The notes beneath the pieces are model-generated. The model saw nothing but the letters and a program-made list of their open reading frames with translations. It did not search any database and was not told the DNA's origin. From Selaginella moellendorffii (lineage: Eukaryota > Plantae > Lycopodiophyta): DNA of 64,000 bases. The translations under genes were made by a program, and so were the position numbers. Positions 58,965 to 64,000 of this stretch are shown piece by piece. Location of the stretch: contig NW_003314263.1 in assembly GCF_000143415.4 (NCBI RefSeq), forward strand, positions 2,606,041 through 2,670,040. The letters run 5' to 3'. The stretch's first letter is position 1. Every line of letters starts with the position of its first letter.

Positions 58965-61365
58965 AAATAGGCTAAAGCCTCCAATCGAGTTTTATGTTGC
59001 TATATGAATAATTCCGTGGCACAGAAGTATTTTTTCGCGATTTGTCTTTGCTCAAGTGAGCTGCCAAAGATCACAATGGGCGAGTGTTCCTCTCGAATCT
59101 TGAGTATGGAAGCAAAACTACTCAATAAACTAAAAAGATTTTTTCTACTATTAATCTACATTCAGAAAAGTTTAAGGAAAAACAGATTACATTATATCAA
59201 CAAGAATAAATTTGAACCAAGAATTAATAAAGTATATCAAAATTGAAAGTATAATTCTATTATTTTGAGAATATCAAACTAGTAGATTATATTTATTTTA
59301 CTTAGCATGGGTTTATATTATAATAGATGCAATAAAAATTAAATGTCACTCATATTATAGGAAGATTAATATCTTTGGCATTATGGTTTTATAAAGTGAT
59401 TATTTGACTTAGTACTTAAATTTTAGTTTGCAATGTGAATTACATTTAACATGTTAAATTACAAAATTTCAACTTCAATGTAGTTATGTATATTTGAAGT
59501 TTATTCTAGAAAATATTTATTAAAAATAATAAAATATAAAGTTTTTTTTTAAATTTTGATAATAAAATATTAATTATATTTATAAACTAAATAAATACAC
59601 AATTATGTATATGTGACAATGATGAGAAAAAACATGAAACTTTAAATCCAAATAAAGTGAATAGTTTAACAAACTTTAAAGTAACATTATTCCGAATGAA
59701 CATCACAAAGGAGAACAAGAAAATACATTTTATCTCCTCAGATGAAGCGACTATAGACAAAATAAAATTCCTAATCAAACTACCATTGAATCACAAAAAA
59801 GTATAAACATTAATTGATACATTTAAAGTTACTTTATAATTTATAAATGATTGCAAATAATATCACTAAAACTAGTATCATATTATTATTATTATAAATT
59901 TTGCTAAAATTTATATATTTTAACTAAATATTTTATTGATTATAATTTTTTAATAATCAAATATCAACGAAAAATATTATATATAAGAAGTTAAACTATA
60001 TTATTTATATATTTTAGGATTATTTTTTATTTTAATTTACATAAAATAATACATATTTATAATTAAGATAAACAATAAAGAAAAAATCAGTCATCATGAG
60101 TTTTTAATTTAATTTAATAAATTAGTTCTTTCATATTTTCTCTGCCCGTTAAAGTAAACATTTGTTAGTTTATTCTTTAGCAAATTCCTTGATGTAATTC
60201 CATAGAAAACAAACACCGATATCAGCTTAGTAAATATTATTATTTTGCCAATTTTAAGACTTTAATTCACTCAAGTAAGTCTAATCTTTATTATTTTTTT
60301 ATTTTTTTTATTAGGGTTCAGAATTAAATATTAAATTCAAGATTTTCAATAAAAATTATGTTTAGTAACCTATATAAAAATATTCCTCCTTCATTTATAA
60401 AAATTCATGATACACATATGACAGAAAAAAATAAAAATAAAATACAATTTCACTAAATAGGGACACAAGAAAAAGTAACACATTGTATGATATAAGAAAT
60501 TAGTTTTATTATTGAAACCAAATTCAAATTTGAGTATGAGTTTGAAAGAAGTTTTATTTTATTTTATTTATTTAATTTATTAAAGAAAGAGCAATTTTTC
60601 CTTAGCCAAAGTTTATATCTTTGAAACCAACTCCTGTTTTTGTTCAATTATCATCACATCAATTAACACCAAGTAGATATTGAAGTTTAGCTTTAGCCAT
60701 AAAAATACATAAATATAAGAATATATATATACTAATAAACTTTTAAACTAATTTTACTTAATTATTTCCATATTATACTTATATTTAAAAGAGAGAAATG
60801 AATATTTAATTTAATTTTTTTATTTAGAAATATGCATGATTATCTCTTTTTTATATCTTTTAGTTGAACATTGAAATACATCAATTAAAAATTTGTTGTA
60901 AAAATTAGTTACTTTAAAAAATTCTAATATCTGATACTTAAACAACCAAATTTGTAATAAATCCACAATATCTTTATTTTTTAAATAAATGTAATATAAT
61001 TTTTATAATTTTTTATTTAAATTTATGGGTCCTAGCTTTTAAAATATGTTTAGTTCATAAATATGTCCAACTTGCTATATTGTTATTCATAGCTTAAATT
61101 TTCTTATTTATTTGCAAAATTTCAAAATATATTTTTTTGATAAAATATTGTTTTATGGCCTAGTTGCCATAGTGGTCCATAGTGATAAAAATATACAGAT
61201 TCAATCACTAATGACTTAAACCATAACTTTCCTCTAAGATTTAATAGTATTTTTGAGTAAAAAACTTCCTTTGCTAAACTAGAGATTGTAAAATCTCTCA
61301 CTTCATGCCGGTGTTTCCAGCAGGGGCATCCAAAAACAAACACGAACATTCGTCCTCCAAGCTCT

Positions 61366-62721
61366 TCAGTTCTGAAGAGCAATGAGGTTCTCAATAGCAG
61401 TTCTGGCTGATGCAAACTCAGAGCCCAGTAGCCTGGACTGGAACTCTTGAGCTGCTGGGGAGAGTTTTTCCACAACATACATCATCTTACCAACAAGATA
61501 CAGATCAGATTGCTCCGTGTACTTATCGCCTACAAGCGTCTCTTCACCCCAAACCAGAAGCGAACACTCGGGCTCGCCACCAGCTTCCCACACAGTCTCC
61601 AAGTCGATCAAGACGTAGCCACCACCGCTCCTGGCAACATTCTCCCACCTCACATCCCGATGGACCAGCCCCGCTTCATGCAACTTCTCCAGGCCGCGAA
61701 GAATCCATAGAACAGCACTGAGAAGTTCCGCTTCGGTACAAACAGGCGGCTCGCACTCCACGGCCTTCATGGTCACTCTGTACCTGTCCCTCATGAGCAT
61801 CGGCTCGCCAGGAACTATACCCTCTGCTTGGAGCCCGTAAGCTTTCCTCACAAACTCCATTGTCGTGAATCCTTCACTGACATGCAGCGTCCGGGGACAG
61901 ATCCCCTTGATCGCCATACCATTGTCGAGCCAGAGCGTTCTCTCGATCTGGTCCGCAGCTCCATAGAACGCTGGCGGGAGCGTCCGGAACGGCCTTGGAC
62001 GATCCACAAAGTTGGAGGAGACGACGTCCTTGAGCGTGAGCGCAAGCCGGAGGAGATTGATGGAGAAGCGCAAGCAAGTAAACTTGTCCCGCATCGACGT
62101 CAGTTTCAAAGGCCCCACAAGAACTTGCGATGGCGTCTTTGATCCCCGTATCATCGCCCACGCTGCCATCTCCTGGCCTGCCAGAGCCACCCCGATGATC
62201 CACGGCACTGGGCCGTAGAACCGCGGCTCCAAGTTGACGAGCTTCTCCTCTAACTTCTCTTGCGCATCCTGCAAGAACTGCCGCCTCTCCTCGAACTTGG
62301 CACACAGGCGGTTTCCAGTCCACAGCATCGGATCGGCGCGAGTGCTACCATCCAAAGAGTCCATCACGATGCTGCGATTGAACTCGACAGTCGTTGTCCC
62401 AGCAAGCTTGTGCAGCTTCATCCACAGGTTGCAGAAGGCTTGGTCCCAGGCAGACTCGAGGAGCTTCCCGGACTCGTCCATCTCGGCGCTGGATCCCAAG
62501 AACGCTGTCGTGAGAGACACGATGCTCTCCGCCGGGCTGTTTGGAGCGAAGCCGGCAGCAGCGATCTCATCATCATCGGCGAGCTGTGCGAAAGTTGCAG
62601 AGCCAAGGGGCAGCGCCAATGGTAGCATGTGTGAGAGAGCTCTCCGCAAGCCGTCCAGCTCCAACACGGAGAATGGAAACGGCTGTAAGACAGTAACAGC
62701 CCAGTGGATCCACTCATACAC
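61366..62721 (-). CDS. Crinkler-like REase-kinase, copy 2 (5' start altered by deletions)
   Basis: Near-identical to 24778-26157, but the in-frame ATG of copy 1 is deleted. Confidence 0.65.
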   Translation of the reverse strand: MYEWIHWAVTVLQPFPFSVLELDGLRRALSHMLPLALPLGSATFAQLADDDEIAAAGFAPNSPAESIVSLTTAFLGSSAEMDESGKLLESAWDQAFCNLWMKLHKLAGTTTVEFNRSIVMDSLDGSTRADPMLWTGNRLCAKFEERRQFLQDAQEKLEEKLVNLEPRFYGPVPWIIGVALAGQEMAAWAMIRGSKTPSQVLVGPLKLTSMRDKFTCLRFSINLLRLALTLKDVVSSNFVDRPRPFRTLPPAFYGAADQIERTLWLDNGMAIKGICPRTLHVSEGFTTMEFVRKAYGLQAEGIVPGEPMLMRDRYRVTMKAVECEPPVCTEAELLSAVLWILRGLEKLHEAGLVHRDVRWENVARSGGGYVLIDLETVWEAGGEPECSLLVWGEETLVGDKYTEQSDLYLVGKMMYVVEKLSPAAQEFQSRLLGSEFASARTAIENLIALQN

Positions 62722-62821
62722 GTTTTACCCTAAAGGTGGAAGCCCTAGTTTTATCTTTTTTATCTTTTTTTCTTTTTTCAAATTCTATTGCTAATGAAAA
62801 ATCTCAAAAAAATCTTTTGAT

Positions 62822-63020
62822 TCACGTCTGAGTAGAAGGCTTGACGATCGGCCACATCGCGAGCCTCTGGGGTGTGTGCATTGTAGACAATCCCTTCTGT
62901 GGATTCCAAAAGCAGAAGACGCAATCGCGACCGCAGCTGATGCAGTAATTACCGTCGGAGTTGAATCGTAAGGCCAGAACAGGACCTTCATGGCCGTGCA
63001 GCACAGCTGATCTGCCATAG
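62822..63020 (-). pseudogene. 5' fragment of WDR83/MORG1-like WD40 gene, frameshifted
   Basis: LHGHEGPVLALRFNSDGNYCISCGRD..FWNPQKG matches the first WD repeat of WDR83. The upstream ATG is out of frame and the sequence is truncated. Confidence 0.65.
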
Positions 63021-64000
63021 CCAAATGTAAACCCTAAATCCTGCCTTTAGGGCATAAAGTTAAAATCTTGAATCTTGCTCAAAACTAATTCCCTCCTAAC
63101 AAGTTTCAAAAGTAATAAAGGTATACTCAAAATTATTAATCAACTGCCCAACACTACCATCTTGAAAAAGGAAGAAATTACAGCATAAAAGGGAATATTA
63201 TGAGTTTAATATTAAACATAGCTATATACATATTATATTAAATATTATCTTGTTGCATCTTTGATTAATAAAGAGATTTAGCCAAATTTTTTAGTCATAC
63301 AGTAATGTCTTAGGTTGGCATTAAACTAATTTAATATTTAATTTCCAGTGTGAAAAACTTGATCAAATTTGGACATTATATTAATATAAAACTACATTAG
63401 AGGCATTAGCGTAATTTAATGTCACAAACAAATAAGGAATATCTAACAATATACTTGGATATTTTAATAATATTTTTTAAATTATAATTTCATGAATTTT
63501 ATATTTTTATATTTACTGCAATTGTCAAGCGTGACAATAAATTATATGGTACCAACTAGTTGTGAGGATCTTACAACTTATGCTCAAGATATAGGGTAGT
63601 CGCCAACTTATGCTCAAGATAAACTCTAAGAGTCCACAAACTTCTAATATTTGCCCTCACTCATCCACGGCTTTTTGTACAAGGATCAGGGATAATTTTG
63701 AGAGTGGAATATTCTTCCTCTCTCTCTCATGCTATAATCTACAGAATCTAGGTAGCAGCCTCAAATAATATCCATCCTTTCAAATAAGGTCTAGCATCTG
63801 GATCACTCATGCTCATATAAATTGACCTCTACTATTTTAAAATTTCTTAGGGTAGAATTTGGATATAAATGCAATTCCCCAATCCTGTGATTGGTTCTCC
63901 CTTTGCCAAACCACTTTAAGTGCAAGTTAAAATTGTATGAATATAGCAACAACTTGCTCCATTCCCTGGTAAACTTCTTCCAGATTTGTCATTCTAGCAT

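Larger units (their letters stand above)
56131..62803 (-). repeat. Right arm of inverted segmental duplication
   Basis: Reverse-complement homology to 24671-30840. Confidence 0.95.

Overview
Eukaryotic plant genomic DNA. Compact genes, ~50-70 nt GT-AG introns and a PPR built almost entirely of 31-aa repeats suggest a lycophyte such as Selaginella (inference). Bases 1-24.5 kb are gene-dense: OTU deubiquitinase, REVEILLE-type MYB, BLOS1, PLS-class PPR, BAHD acyltransferase, BTB/POZ, TBP, MutS2, GH17-X8 glucanase and WDR43/UTP5. A ~6.2-kb block (Crinkler-like REase-kinase gene, orphan membrane gene, UNG) is present twice in inverted orientation (24.7-30.8 kb and 56.1-62.8 kb). The two arms bracket a ~25-kb TE nest. 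The nest holds a TRIM palindrome, a decayed LINE and a Ty3/Gypsy chromovirus (33384-50728, TSD CAGGC), which itself carries a non-coding LTR element and a solo LTR. Two features of the chromovirus stand out. First, its integrase is interrupted by two GT-AG introns (46 and 52 nt) whose removal restores conserved motifs exactly. Second, between its 5' LTR and gag lies a TRIM-like unit (PBS-internal-PPT-195-bp LTR-PBS) whose LTR contains the 5S rRNA internal promoter region, as in Cassandra elements.
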